NCBI GenBank assembly: GCA_002633005.1
Contig: NMRA01000041.1
Location: 1,059,294-1,123,293 of the forward strand
Source of the DNA: Phoronis australis
Taxonomy: Eukaryota; Animalia; Phoronida
DNA: 64,000 nt
Direction: 5' to 3'
Positions 23,352 through 37,700 of this stretch are shown here, one piece after another. Made by a program: the position numbers and the translations under genes. The notes below the pieces were generated by a model. The model did no database searches and was not told the DNA's origin. It was given only the letters and a program-made list of their open reading frames with translations. Every line of letters begins with the position of its first letter. Within the stretch, counting starts at the first letter, position 1.

Positions 23352-24629
23352 TTTTTTTTTATTCTCCCAGTTCAACATAAGTAACGACAAAGGTCTGGGA
23401 TTCCCTTGCCTTACTTTACAATTCAATGAAAATAAAGTTTACTAAGTTAAAAATATACGTGAACCGGATTTTGAAATAGATTTAACAAAAGAAAACAAAA
23501 ACATACAAGACAATATAGTAGTATATGGCTCTGAAAAAAAAAGAGGGGGGAGAGTATTTTGGAATGATAAAATATCCTTACATTGCTATCAAATTATGCA
23601 TTTGTGACCACCTGTTTGTAAATTTTTCCATTTGTAAATTTTTTGAATAAATATGTTTTTCACTGGAGTAATAACTGTTAATTTCTTTTGTTAATACAAT
23701 TAAATTTGGAGGTTTACCCTTGAGACGTTGCTTATATAAATGGAACTTGCTGAGACACAAGATTAAATTTTGAATTGGCTGGCTTCTACATCTGTTTCCA
23801 AAGAAAACTGTAAGCACATTTGTACCAAGGGAAATATTAGTTTTGTTTCTAACCCAACCTTCAACATTGTTCCAAAAATTTTGAACAACATCACATTGCC
23901 AGTATAAGTGAAGCAAAGTCTCAGGTTCAGTCTTACAAAACGTACACAAGGGGGAGTTGGTTACCCCAATTTTGACAAGGTAAGAGTTACAGCTAATTAT
24001 CCTATGTGACAGTCTAAATTGAAACCAACGAAGTTTCACGTCAAGTGTAAAATTCAGAAAGTAGGCAAATTTCCACCATTCTGTAGTGTCAGGTATTGCA
24101 AGTTCTGCCTGCCACTTCATCTCAGACCTAGGCCGGGCATATTTGTTTAGCACCAAAGTGTTATATATATGTTTTGTTCCCTTCTTGTCTGCAAGTAACA
24201 ATTTCACAAAAATTGGGATAGAGGGTGCGTAGAAGGAAAACTTGTCTCTTTTTGAGATTTTCCATTTTTGACAAACAGCCTCATTGAGCCCATAAAAATT
24301 CAAAAATATTGGTCTAAAATTGAACTTTTTGCAAAAACCTTCAAAAGATAACAAATATCCATGCTCGTCTAGTAGGTCTGAGATATAATAAACACCCTTT
24401 TCAAACCATCTTCTCCAAAATACAGTTTTTCCACCAATCAATACATTAGTATTATACCAAATTGGCTGATATGGTATTTCCTCCTGATCTATTATATTAG
24501 AAAAATCATACAGAAAGTTAAATAGTTCCTTCCAAAAAGGGTTCTCAGTTCGAGATGCTGCATATTTGTAGAAATAGTTCCCAAATTTTAGACACTCCAA
24601 TGATATCAAATCAGTGTTTAAGATGAGAT
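23352..24629 (-). mobile_element. Young 5'-truncated L1/Tx1-clade non-LTR retrotransposon (ORF2 C-terminus, zf-RVT)
   Basis: Uninterrupted ~350-codon ORF (PIWYN, KLRWFQFRLSHRII, CTFCKTEPETLLHLYWQC), then a 3'UTR and AATAAA running into poly(A). Perfect TSD TTACACGCACGCGGG(TT) at 23337-23353 and 24630-24646. Confidence 0.93.
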
Positions 24630-24713
24630 TTACACGCACGCGGGTTGGAGGCAGTTGTTATTTGGAATTTCGGAGATGGCGCAGGTTGTTTCCGACCGGT
24701 ACCGATAACTTTC

Positions 24714-25380
24714 TGTGCGATGACAGACTAAAGACTGCTTCAAGGTAATCACTTTATGAATATCGACCGTATGTTTTCAAGTCAACTAAAACAAAACGTC
24801 CTACATAATGTCCGTTCTATGCTCCAGCCGGTGCTTCGAAGCCTTGACTTGTGACGAACTCTTCACTCGCCTTCAGCAACTGTTACAATCGTTGGTGCAA
24901 TAACCTGCTGTCCCTATAGCTGCCTTTCTATTGACTAACGTTCTATCTCTTGATTCACAATAACTCATCTTCAACTCAACTCATTGACTCACCTTAAAGC
25001 GTACTTTGGTATTTACAGTTTCTTATGCTTTGGAACTTTTCACCAGTAAACAAATCAATTCCAAAATTTTGCGGATTTCTGTAAATGCATAAACAAGGCT
25101 CTGGAATATTTCTGACAGTAGTCCTATTTTCTGATTACTTTTGTGATAGAACATCCTTCTAGATTGCCCTCTACTTTCTATTGTGAACAAATTACGTCAT
25201 TACTAGCCTGACCCCATAGGTCATTCTTCTGGAACGTTCTCTAGTATTTTACTGTAAACAAGTTACTCCATCTCTCGCCTGACCCCATCTATCACGTCAC
25301 GTGCTTTGTGCTTGGAAATAAATAGAAAAGCAAAATAAAACCTATTCAACAATAATCCCAAAATACGTTTTTCTCTCACA
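24714..25380 (-). mobile_element. Possible solo LTR
   Basis: TGTGCGA...TCTCACA ends and LTR-like motifs (TTCTAGA, CTGACCCC) shared in style with 38191-39156. No matching TSD found. Confidence 0.3.
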
Positions 25381-25926
25381 AAATCGACAGCGTCCATATT
25401 AAAGAGAAGTTATCGCGGAAATGGAGAATCCGCTACACTCGTCTCAGGTTTATGACATGGGCAAAAATTCTTGGAAATTTCATCAAAATCCCGAGGTTTT
25501 CCCAAGCCAGAAACCTGAGACGAGTGTAGGATTTGGTTACTTACATGAACCATAAAAACAATATCTTTTGCCAAAAAACTCGACGTGTCTAAAACTTTCA
25601 ACCACATGACACAACTTTTCTAAAAACATGCCAGATGTATATTTGCACGTGCTCACAATAACATTTGCATGACCTTTGATAAATATAGATTATTCAGTCG
25701 TTATCCCCGTTATCTAGAGCCGGAGTGGATTTTGTAGAATTATTACCCTCGGGCCCGAGGGGCGTTAAAAATCTAAATAAATACATACACACGAGTAGCT
25801 TTACACCCGTTAGCATTTGTGTTTACATGACGAAAATTCATACCATACGGGTGAATCGATACTTGGCTGTAAACAGCATCACATAGATGGAGCTCCAGTG
25901 GTTGTCAGACTTGTAAAAATATAATA

Positions 25927-26700
25927 TACAAGGTTTCTCAAAATTACCGCACACATTTTAAATCAGCACAAGTCGGAAAAGGGGATATATGCATTTCAAC
26001 GATTCTTGATGGCAGCAGAGCCAATGACTGGCAGTTTTTAGCCAAAAAGCGATTGAAAAGTCCACTCTTCAAATGAACAACTCCGACCGAGGAACGTTAA
26101 ACTACTCTCGAAGACCATTACCTTAACTAACGCATTACTTGCTAACAATCCCTCTATGAATACTTCCCTTACAATTATTTTGTTTGTGATTTTTCGATTT
26201 GAAGTGTAAACACTTTATTTCAAGTTAACCCAAACAGGTAGAGTAGATTCCTTTGAAATACATGATAATGAAAAAATAATTTTATCTACATGATGATAGG
26301 AGAGATTTTCACCGGTGTCAACCAAGTTAAAGGGAGATAATCCGGGCATTCTGTGAAAGGAAACGATCATTTGATTTAGACCACTCACTGCTATGGTATT
26401 TGTTCCAACTCAAATAAGCGATTTCTGGGTTTGCAAAGAGTTAAAAGTTTGTTTTTCTTTGAGACCTTGTTCGGCGCATAAAATGACACGCCATGACAGG
26501 CCAACCTGTAGAACATGATTTTAGCCAATAATGAAAGACTTAGTGCAGTTAATTTGATGCCTTGACCAAGGGGAATTTTGGGGCCAATTTCATGAGGTAA
26601 GTGGCTTAGATCAAAAGTTGTTCTTGTAATGGAAGATGGGTTTATGACCATTTTAATACCATAGAATGCAGTTTTTATTAACCAAGTTCACAGAAGATGG
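25927..26700 (-). mobile_element. Highly degraded Tc1/mariner-like relic
   Basis: TIR-like TACAAGGTTTCTCAAAA at 25927. Only faint transposase-like motifs on the minus strand. Confidence 0.35.
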
Positions 26701-27359
26701 AATTGATCTTCTCGTATCTGTCTTTGTAATCACAACAGAATAAGATTGACGTCACGTTTTCAGTGTAGAGATTGGAAGCTAACCATCATGACACTGAGTG
26801 TAACATCCGTTAAATACCCAGTACAGGGCGGTGTCAAGGCAGTCCTGTCGCACTTTGGTATCGGTTCAAATTCTAGTTTCAAATCTTAAATATAACATTT
26901 GTACACGCACATTTGGAATTTAAAAACTGATACACATTGCTTCGGACCCCTGAAATTACGTCGTTTATTGTTTAGTGAACATGTTTGAAATCATAACACC
27001 CACAACCACCACCGCCTCCGCCGAAACTGTCGCTGCCGTCACGGCACAGCATCCAGTATACACATTTAGGTATAACGAAAAACACCGACATTAATGACAA
27101 ACAGTAAGCATATTCTTTGGCTAAGTCCCAGTAAGACATAAAGATGCACCGCGAATTAGTTCCCGGAAAGCTTGAAATCGCAAAATCCTCAGTATCACGT
27201 AATTGAAATCAATTAATAAAGATTGCTTCAGACTTCTTGACATTGGCGGATATTGCATTTGCGAATGTTATCAATTCCTTTAGGCGAAAGAAGTTTACAG
27301 CGACCATTAATTTGACATTTTTGTCGTTGCTCATTGGTGAGGCAGTACGAGAGAACCTA

Positions 27360-27740
27360 AGCAAGTAAGTAAGCATCTAAGTACTCTAGGACTTCAATAG
27401 ATCGTTAGGCAGGTGTAAGTGGATAAACAAGTAATAAAGGAGTACAAAATAAGCCAGGACACCTCAGTACATCTAAACAGAAACGGACGAAGTAGAGTGA
27501 CATGCAAGAACATTATGAAAAGTAAAATCGAGGGGGGCAACAGACATGTAAATAAGTAAGCAGGTCGGTGTATGTAAGTAAGGAAGTAAGTGAGTAAGTA
27601 TGTAAGAAAGTAAATAATTACATAAGTGCATAAGGGAGAAAATAAGCATGGGCAAAAGTAAATAAGTGAACAAATAAATAAATAACTACGCACGCACACA
27701 CGCACGCACGCACGCACGCACGCACGCACACACACAAACT
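27360..27740. repeat. Degenerate (AAGT)n low-complexity tract ending in a (CGCA)n microsatellite
   Basis: Visible directly. It explains spurious ORFs 27394-27735 and 27473-27673. Confidence 0.85.
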
Positions 27741-28099
27741 ACTCATAAGTAAGAAATTGAGGACAAGAACATATTTCATACATGTGTAAGTTCAGAAGAA
27801 AATTACTCTAAAAAGTGGCCTAAGTTTTGAATGTTGAAAGTACATATTTCATTTCAAAATATGAACTAAAATGGAAACCAAAGTCTCCCTTGTCACGATT
27901 GAACTGATTTTTACTTGACACTGACTTCAAGCCGATCAATATTTGACGGGTTGACACGCAGTCAAAACCGATGACTTTTTGAAATTGGTAGTACTTGCTA
28001 ACGTGATTAATCTCATGTTTACTAACAGTGAAAGCCAGTCTGTGGTGTCGATAGGTATGTAACGTCATCGTTTTGTCTCTTTGATTAAACTGCTTAGTT

Positions 28100-28480
28100 T
28101 TACAATGCGCCCAAGTTGAAACATAAACTGAACACTGTATCCGTTCCATTTCTAAAATGTGTAATATTTGTTTTACTTTCAAGCACTGACTCCAGCTTAT
28201 AACTTCAGTGGGGAAGGTTGGTAAACATTCATCTAAAGGTTGACCACATTCTTTGCTAACAATATCATCAGCATAGAGTAAAATATTCATTTCAAACTAT
28301 TTACCTGTTTTGATACCAATATTGGCATATTAATTTGGTTGATTGATTATTCAGAAAAATACTAAACGATGTTGGTGACAGACCTTCTCCTTGACGTACC
28401 CCACTAGTTGTTTGAAAGCAATTGCAAACACTGTTCATGCTGTCTAGACGAATAGACGCAGAGGTGTTCACAAGCAAAGA
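28100..28480 (-). mobile_element. Degraded non-LTR reverse transcriptase fragment
   Basis: Minus strand TTSGVRQGEGLSPTSFSIFLN...MNILLYADDIV (RT QG.LSP and YADD motifs) with frameshifts. Confidence 0.85.
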
Positions 28481-29769
28481 CTTAAAGATGTATTTGTATG
28501 TTCCTAGCTATGCTAATGTATAGCAGGAGCTAAACGGCAATGCTATTTAAACATCATCTACGCTGAACAAAGTGCTATTGTTTCCATTGACAACTGGTAA
28601 GTGTTGTACTAATGACGTACCTTAGGGGCTCACACAGCCCGCAGTGTTATTCCCCAACATCACGTCACGATAATAACTGGACACGACTGAGTTATTTACG
28701 GCGGATCATTTTCGACACAAAACTCGTTCTTAAAAACTTTTAGAAATTTTCAACGTACTGCATATTCACATCGTCGTTATAGGCTGTGTTTCTAACTAAA
28801 TTGACCAAGCAATCACAGATATATGGAATTAGTGTGAAAGATCCATGTTAATAGTAAGCTAAAACTTACCAACAACATTTTTATTAAACTTCAGGAGGAG
28901 ATTTCTGTCCACACTGTCGAATGCATTTTGCAAGGCGATAAAGCAAACAAAAGTACACTTTCGTCTGTTTCTTATAATGAATGATATGACAAGAGCATGT
29001 ATGCAATTCTGAAAAGACATTTACTTTCTAATGAAATTAGGCTTGCACAGCGCTCTGTGTATTAATGGCGTGTTAATTCGGTTGATCAAGAAGTTCATCT
29101 AACAACGAGGGCTTCAAGTCATCAAACAGACATCACGCGCTGAGTTGGTAAATGGCCCCCGTGCAGAACCGGACATCGAGCACATACGGTTATGTAGGAC
29201 CCTATTGACAAGTCTCCGCATTCTGCAAAATATCTTCATCTACAAAAGTATTTTCCGTAGATAATCCCACCCGATGAAACGCCCATGGATTTTTATTCGG
29301 AAAATTATGCCGAATAAACGCCCATGGGCATTTATTTGGTGTTCAAACTTATGCTGTAAAGTGCCCATAGTGGAGCGTTTATCAGGAAAATCTCCTATTA
29401 AAAGCCCACACAGCGTCAACTTTTAATCACAAATTCAGTTTTGTGGAGCATTTATCATTTATCAAAACGAACAAAGTGTTGGTGAACGAGGCATTTATTA
29501 ACATAAAATTTAAAAGTAGTTTTAAGTAAAAATGTCAAAGTCAGGTCCACATGTACAGTATTTAGTCCATACTGCCATTTGCGTAGCCAAAACTGAGACT
29601 TTTCCGTTTACACTCCCCCTCTCCCAATAAACGTCCGGGCGTTGGTTTGGTGTTACTAAAACTCCTGAAAATTTTCATTTTCCGAATACACAGCCTTGGG
29701 TGGTATGTACTTTATGAAAGTAAAAAAACTCGTAGAAGTCGAGTTTTTACCTTTTACCAATCTACCTTT

Positions 29770-31900
29770 AAACGGGTCACGTGACCATGTCTTTTAATAA
29801 AAGTTAGTTGAAAAGAAAGACACATTAATAAAAAACAACAGAATCAAAATATGGTCAAAATATGTTTGACTTAAATGTTCAAGATGAGATCTCGAGTACT
29901 ATGTTACAATTTTTAAAACATCTTTTGATGAAAAATAAGATTTTTTGAGAGAAATAATAAATGGCATATTTTTGGTAGTAGCTCCTGCAAAAATGGAACA
30001 TTTTAAAAACAATGCCTAAGCACAGTGCATAAAACATATTATCTGAATGGTTCATATGAATAACCTGCAGACATTTCCAAGATATTATGTTCTGGAGGTA
30101 GTCACATATGGACATTTTACTAGGTCCATAAATAACCTTAATCTGCAAGAAGGATATTTCGTGTGAATTGAAAATTATGTTAACAATTCTAAACATGTCT
30201 CCCGTTTTCTTATGGAAATTTGTCATCTTACAATATTTCAATGACTACTCAATTCATATATTTAAACACATCAACTGTCTTCCTACACTTTGAGGCTCAT
30301 CCATTCACTTGGTTACAAATTTCTGGAATTCTAACTAGACAAGATTTCACCAGTTTCTGTAAAATTTTATATTTTTTTCATCAAACTGGTTGAGGTCATT
30401 GGCATTTGATTGGCAGTGCTTCTGATTGTTCTGGGGACAATGATTGTTTTTCGGCGATTATGTTAACGAATGCAAAGGCACACACGGTTTTGGGTTTTTT
30501 GTATCCGGATCATAGGTCAGGATGCGTTTCAATGTATAACAAACAAAAAATTTGTTTTCATAGAATTTTAACTGTCGCATTTGCCACGTGCTCAACAACT
30601 TCAAGATAAAACTTTAAATATCACCATACATGTATACTCATTTGATTGTTTGAGGAAGCCAGGGAGTCACCAGCACGCTTTTATGAAGTAATACTGTGAT
30701 TTACTCTTAGACTGTGCTGCTTTTGTGAAGACAGACGTGGGGAGAGCAAATTGAATTTCAAACTTGCATAAGTGATAATTTCATCTTATCCCACCATCTT
30801 ACGGCAAAACACCTTGGTAAGAGCAGGCCTAGCATCTACTGACGACCACCAAGCCTGATAATAAATAAATCAGGTGAACGTTTTCAACTTTTCAGAGTTT
30901 GAGGAGTCACATAAGACACCAAATTGTCTGAGTTTTGAAACTTGGTATACCCCTTCCAGGCTTTTAGGGGCCTCATTTTTCATTTGTCTTTAAATCCACA
31001 GATGTAGACTTGTAAGAACGACTGAGTTGTGGCCGAGGCTTCCCAGAACCTGAACCTGTATAAGTAGGTTTACAGCCGACTTTACAGCGTATACATGCAA
31101 CAAAAGAATCTCAAAGCAGTTCTTTATGCGGGATTTGTACATGTATAAATTGTGGCAGCATAACGTTGGTATGAAACAATTCTTGTATCAACAGAACTTG
31201 TTTGTTGTATTAGATTTTAGGGAGCTTCCGAATACGAATCCGAACGAAGGCGTGAGTTTTATTAGTTTACCATAACACCACAACTAAATTTTCTAAGGAT
31301 CCTTCAAGGCTATTATCCTTGTACCGCATCATTACAGATACGACCAGTTGATAAGATTTTTCTATCCAGAAAGAGGATGGCCATCCCATTCTTATCCATA
31401 ATTATTGCCTCATCACTGCAAGTTTGAAGCGCAGTTGACGTCTTCCTGGGTTTCAAAAATGGTTTTTAAACTGTACGACTTTCTCGCACGTGGTCCGTTC
31501 AAAGTAATCTTCTACGAGTTCTGAGAACAAGATTGTTTCTTCGACACCATCCGATCAAGCACTTGTAACTCATTTTCTGGGAGGTAAATTTGGCATAATA
31601 TCTTGAATCCTCAGAATATTGAAAGAATTCTGACGGATTACCTTCCACAAGTTTGCGCGCTGGTGGTTTAGTAGAAAGTAACCTAGTGTAGGAAGACTTG
31701 TAGTCAAGGGCTTCAGGCAGTATTTCTTGAGTTCTTTCAAGTCCAATTTTGGTTCATTTTGGATACTACATGAGATTGGTCTACTACACTTAATATTCAT
31801 CTATTCTTAGTACCTCGGAGACCTCTCGTCTCCTTCGATGGGTTGATGCAAAATCTTAGTGGCAGGAACTCTGGCCATATGGGAATTTGTTTGCCTTGTG
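29770..31900 (-). mobile_element. Degraded Academ(X)-like transposon
   Basis: LDLKELKKYCLKPLTTSLPTLGYFL and DEAIIMDKNGMAIL resemble the 'IDL.E.L.Y.L.P.P.SL...DG.L' and 'A.IIDGMA.L' (PIN/XPG) motifs. Terminus-like GGGTCACGTGACC at ~29774. Boundaries uncertain. Confidence 0.45.
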
Positions 31901-32218
31901 ATACTGTCTACACTGGATAGTGATTAAACGGGAAACGTGAATACCAAATAACTTTCCTAATATTGCACTGCAGCAGCGTATTTAAAGATACAGAATGGAG
32001 GTTTGTGATGCTAAAGTTTGGAAGAGTCACACCTTTCGCACCAGTACATTTAAAGGTATGACTACTCGGGGTTCAGGAAGATTTGCAGGAATACCTGCTT
32101 TACGTACCATCACACTCTCATTTACATGTGCAGCTCTAAACGTTACCTTGATCGACTCCCCCATACTCATATTTAACACAGTCAATGACTAAATCACCGC
32201 GTTGCTTTATACACAGAC

Positions 32219-32773
32219 GTGTAACAGTTGTTACATTTTACGTCATTGTTACATTTTACGTTGCTAAGCCTCTCCTAAAATGTAACAAGTTGTTACATTT
32301 CACGTCGAACGCACATGGGAGAAATGTACCACTGTTACATTTTACAAAACCGGCGTCATATTGCAAAGAAAATGACCAAAATCACGAACAAGTGGTATCT
32401 CACGCTGCCGGCCGAAGATTTTGAATACCTACCCGTTTAGAGTGTAGGCTCTAAAAAAGTGACCCATTTAGAGACTAATTTGTGTAAAAATTCACATTTT
32501 CGCTCACTTCTGTTCCTGAAATTCCGGAAAGCCACCTTTTAGATATAGTTTTGTAGAAAATGGCGCCATTTTGAAGAGTATTTTTTCTGTGAAAAAACAC
32601 CTGTTTGGGCTGTACTTTTGGTATACATCTTCTATTGGAATGACACGGGCTGACACGACATGAATTTGGATACCTATAATCGTTTTATTAGTATTACATT
32701 ACTATCACTACTGTTACTATTACTAATACTATTATTACTACCACAAGTAGTATTCGTTATCGTTTTTGTTTTC

Positions 32774-32805
<32 letters not shown>

Positions 32806-34700
32806 CATCAATATTTTGAAATATATTTATTGAGGACACAATACATGTTTATCAAAGTGCTAATACATCATGGTCCTCAAAGATTTTACAATCATCTCAT
32901 TTATGGTTCAATGTTGCCATCGGGCAAGTGCTGTTCCAAAAGGATTTTAAAAGGGCTCCTATGTTCAGCTTTAACGATATTGTGAGGAATATCTTGACAG
33001 CTGTGAATGCAGAGTAGGTCTACTTTTTGGAAACGAGGAGGTTGAGATTTAAAACCTTGTTTAGGCGTGCACCAACTTCAAAAATTGATTATTTCTGAAC
33101 TGTCGGCAAGCATTGAAAATATAGCTATATCCACCTGTAGTTTGCCACGAAGAATTAAATTCAGACCGCAAGTCGCTGACTTGTTGAAAACATTGCTTGT
33201 CAAAGACCTGGGGATCGTTCCACGATGATGAGTAAGTTAAAAAATTGCGTTAAGTTGAACTATAGAGGCAGATATTTTTCAAGAACTAATGACGAGTCGG
33301 CTGCGGTCACCGGTTCATCACAATAGCTGGTAACGGCATACAAAACACGCAACGATTTTATGTGGAGAGGGCCCCAGTATTTTTAGAAAATCACAGTGAT
33401 TGAACAGAATGATTTAAACTAGATTTCATTAAAAGTGGATTGCATGGAAAAAAACCGCCAACGTCGAAGTCAGCATTGTTTAATATATACATTTAATGCA
33501 ATGCATCGAAAGGATTAAAATACTAAATTCCCTTATTTTCGAGCTACAACACAAAAAGTCATCTTTTTTGGACTATTGCCCCTTTAAGCTATCGACCTAG
33601 ACCAGGTTTGAGCAAAACGATCATGGTCCTTCAGAGTCCAAATATTTTCTATTTCTCCAGCTAGGCATCCCATCTTTATTTATGCACGTCACGGTTTGAC
33701 CTGTTGTTACCACAACTATTTCAGACAAGCTTGACATCATAGAAAGAATGATATTTCTTTCGTTATTATGCCGCCACTTTTTTAAGCTAATGGCTCGCCC
33801 TTCTCAAAGGCGATATTTTGCTGTTGCTTTGACAAAATCTGTCAACCTGCAGGCACATAAATGCGTGCTTTTTTTCTTCACCCACAATGTCTTTAAGAAA
33901 TTGCTATTCGTAACTCATGTGGTAGACATTATCGGCCGGTATCAGAAACATTGGCTTTGCTCCTTCTGTGTGAAGCAGAGCAATTACTGCTTTAGCGATG
34001 ACTCCAAGCCAATAAAACACTGGCCGAAATAAGCTGAACTATCGTGGACTAAAACTAGTGCTTTTTTCCATCAAATTGGCTTCCGAAATTGAATTATCCA
34101 TGAAAATTTTTGTTATTGTCGTTCGTTCCTGAAGAAATACAATAAATACTAGCGAAATACGATTTCATTGTTGTTCTTGCCAAGGGAATTGTGTTTACTT
34201 TAATACGGATACACAACTGGTTTATGAGCGCCAACAAAAGATTGCAAGAACACTTGAACGGTAAAAAAACTTGTTACCTGATCCTGGAAACTCCTGTCGT
34301 GTGGATTTGAAACTGTACGCTGTACATTTTTGACTATACACGTACGATAAAACCGCTCACGTTAAAAAAACATGGAAAGTACATAGGGACAATCTATAAA
34401 GTCGACCTGGCACATTTCATAGAATTTCATTCAAACAATCCGAGAAAAACGACGTTAAGTGTGTCAACAAATTTCCTCCGTGTGACAAATGCCATGCAAA
34501 CTCATGAAATATGACGTCGCTTTCGTAAAATGTACAATGGTACATTCTCGCAAGTGCATTCGACGTCAATTGTAACAATTACATAAAATGTAACAACTTG
34601 TTACATTTTAGGAGAGGCCTAGCAACATAAAATGTAACAATGACATAAAATGTAACAATTGTTATATTTTACGAAATTGCTACATTTTACGGCGTATCAG
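32219..34700 (+). mobile_element. Composite non-autonomous TIR element, copy B (long TGTAACA/TGTTACA-repeat TIRs, right terminus intact)
   Basis: 32219-32360 is the inverted repeat of ~34510-34670, and the element ends ACATTTTACGGCGTATCAG. Interior is collinear with copy A. Confidence 0.8.
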
Positions 34701-37700
34701 TGCTGGAAAATCCACACCCAAACAATTAGAATGTTGGTACGGGTGAGTAGAGAACAGAAAGAAACCAGTGTAGTTGTATGGCCCTTCTCTAACAAACTCT
34801 AGGTTTAACCTCATGCTCATTAAGATTTGCAAAGTGGCCGAGAAGGAGAATAATGATCAGGGCTTCGTTTTAAGAAAAGTGACAAACCCATTCGTAGTGA
34901 AGGAGGATCAACACAATTCTGATTTATACTTGAATTTGCCTATTTTTCAAATTTCATGTTTTGGTCCTTTCCTACTGCAAATCTGGAAAAAGATCAAGGC
35001 CTCTGAGGAAATCCAGAAGCACCTAACTGCGTGGACCTTGAAATGGTGTTTCACAAGCCTGTCATACTATGAGCAGATCCTCTCGGACGGGCATGTGTGG
35101 GAAGGCATCTTCAGTCCGTCCATCGTGTTCCTTAAAATATGCATGTAGTCCTAAAATATGCCTGAGTAAGGTCGTGCTGCATACGGAATTATTGTATTGT
35201 ATTGAAAACAGAGTTACCACACTTCGAAAATACAGTTTTGAAGAACATGAATGTTACCTTACGGTTAAAAACGACGCTCGAAGCATTTCTTTTGTCAAAA
35301 TCTGCCCGTTTCAAATTGTGTCTCGAGCGTTTCATTATTTGTTATAAGATGGAGGTTGTAATCCCCTTTGTTCGAGGAATGTTTTTTGCACAGAGCGCCT
35401 CCGCTATTGACTTAAACCCTTCTGTAAACCTGAGCTGCACTGAGAGCGCGACCACCTCCGTCTAAATTACGTTTTCGTTATTTCGTAGCATTTGGGAGCC
35501 AAGTAGCTTTCCTAATTACACAACAATCTGACAAGGCGATTGAGGTCAATCTTTTGTCGCCAGAGAGATAAAATCATTACTCAGCTAAATCATTTGTGAT
35601 TTTGTCTAAACTGGATTCCGAAGACAGTCGTTGCAGAAATTCGTTCCCATCACCGAGACACGTTGCCCGTCTGTAAACATGGGGTATTTTCATACATGGT
35701 GCTACAGGTAGAATGGTCGTGAACCACTTAAGAAATGAAATTCATAGTAATTGAAATGTCCAATAAAGCAAAATATGCTTGTGTTTTTCACCATGGGATG
35801 AAAGCAATCGCGTTTCTAGTCTTCATTTTTAGTGATACCCATTAACTGTTTGTTGCTGCATTTCTCCGATTGTGGGAACTGTGAAGCCAGTCTGGACTAA
35901 TATCTCTCCACGTCTGCTGCTTAGTACGTTGACTTGATTTTGCACAAGTTGTCTTGTTCTCGATAACATTGCATTTTTTTCTGATCAGTTTTGGGGAGGG
36001 GTGGAGGGGGGCATTTTTCCTCATTAGAAAAGCTTTTAGACCTTTTTCGCAAATGTCTGCACTGATTTTACTACTGTGAGCCATTGTATACCTATATGAT
36101 CAAGGTTTCGTTGAAGCACTTCAATAGATTCGTTATTGGGTTAATCCAGATCGATGCAGTAGGGTGGTTTGGATACTTTAATCCTTGTTTTACTAAACCC
36201 GCTCCCTGGTCTAACAAAGTCAGGCTTTCAGACTTGTAAACCACGTTGGTGAACTGTAAGTCAGGTCTGAAGTTAGACCTGGTACAGGAAGACCAGATTT
36301 TAGTCTTAAACCTGGTTTTGTTAAACCACCTTATGAAATCGGCTGTTAGAGTCTCTGCATAGAAAATGTTAAAATAATTACGTAGGTTTTACGACTGAAA
36401 ACACATTTTCGGATTTTCGGAATATTGTTCTTGAAGTCATAATCTTGGACAATAGCTACAAAACAACAAAATCCGTTCAGTTTTTTGTGGTTTTATCATA
36501 CATCCCCATCTGCGAGGCATTCGCTGAAATCAAGGCGTTGACTTAACCAGTTGTAAAAATGTCCTTGGCACACTCTGCCATTCATCTCATGAGATCTAGC
36601 ATTGATAGCAGAGCTCTGACCGCGGGAGTTCTCGATTCGATTCCACGCTGGGGCTGATCTCTTCAAAAATCCCCTTTTGTGGCACTGATGTCCCTTTAAA
36701 CTTCGATTGTTTATTGCCAAGCCTCTCGTACTGGTCAACACTTGACTCGTTAAAGCGCCTTCTCAATTACTCCGATTGAACTTTTATCAACATGTAGTCG
36801 TCGGGCGATTGATTATAATCAGCAGGCCAAACTCATCAATTTTAGTTTTGATGACAAACTTCATGTTAGATGCCAGTAACCATGCTCAAATCCGTCCCTT
36901 GAAACTTAGAGGGGTTGTCAAACACAAATAAGCACCGTTGCCATGGCAACCAGATATCTCTTGGTCAAAATCGGCAATTCCAGGTTTGAGACTAAATTCG
37001 TGTTAGGAACTGGTAACCTTGCACAGAGTGCCTGTAGGGAAGCTTTGCTGCTAAGCATGGTAACCAGACATTTTCAAGGTCAAGATCACCAATTACAGGC
37101 TTGATGGTAGTCGTGTTAGAAGCAGGTAAACATGCTCAAATCATTTTAGTAACCATCCTCCGAAAAGCGGGGAAGTCGCGTATCTCGTCTATGAGACCTT
37201 TCTTGATATTACCTCATGAATATTAAGAGGAAATCCAAAGCGAGGCTTATACTGATAAACTACTTCATGCAGCCTCCTCTGTGCTGACTGATCGTGACCT
37301 TACACTTGTTCCAAACATACATGTTACATTTAGCTTTGCGGAATCTTATTGTAAAAAGTCTTCACAGTCATTTGGCAAGAATTATCTGTCCAAAGGGTAC
37401 GAATACTCCAGTGAAAGTTACATAAATTCATTAAGAAGTGAACACTTTTACAGGCTGCATAAACATTATTCAGTTGTTGTTGAGCTGCCAGCTGGTCAGG
37501 CATAGAAACTCTACATAATCTATTTCATTAATTTTTTTGTTTCCCAAGAATAATTCAAAGATAACAATGAGTAGTAAGACTACTGGCTTAATTATGGTTA
37601 AAACATTTAGTGGTGTCAGTTTTATTTGTAAATTCATTAGATTATTTCGCCAGTCATCGATTTTTTAGTTGTTAAACTATCCAGATAAAAAACCGTAAAC

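Noticed and set aside
37281-37505. ORF with KGYEYSSESYI, faintly like the N-terminus of SWIM/YqaJ transposon proteins
   Set aside because: Too short and degenerate to support a call.
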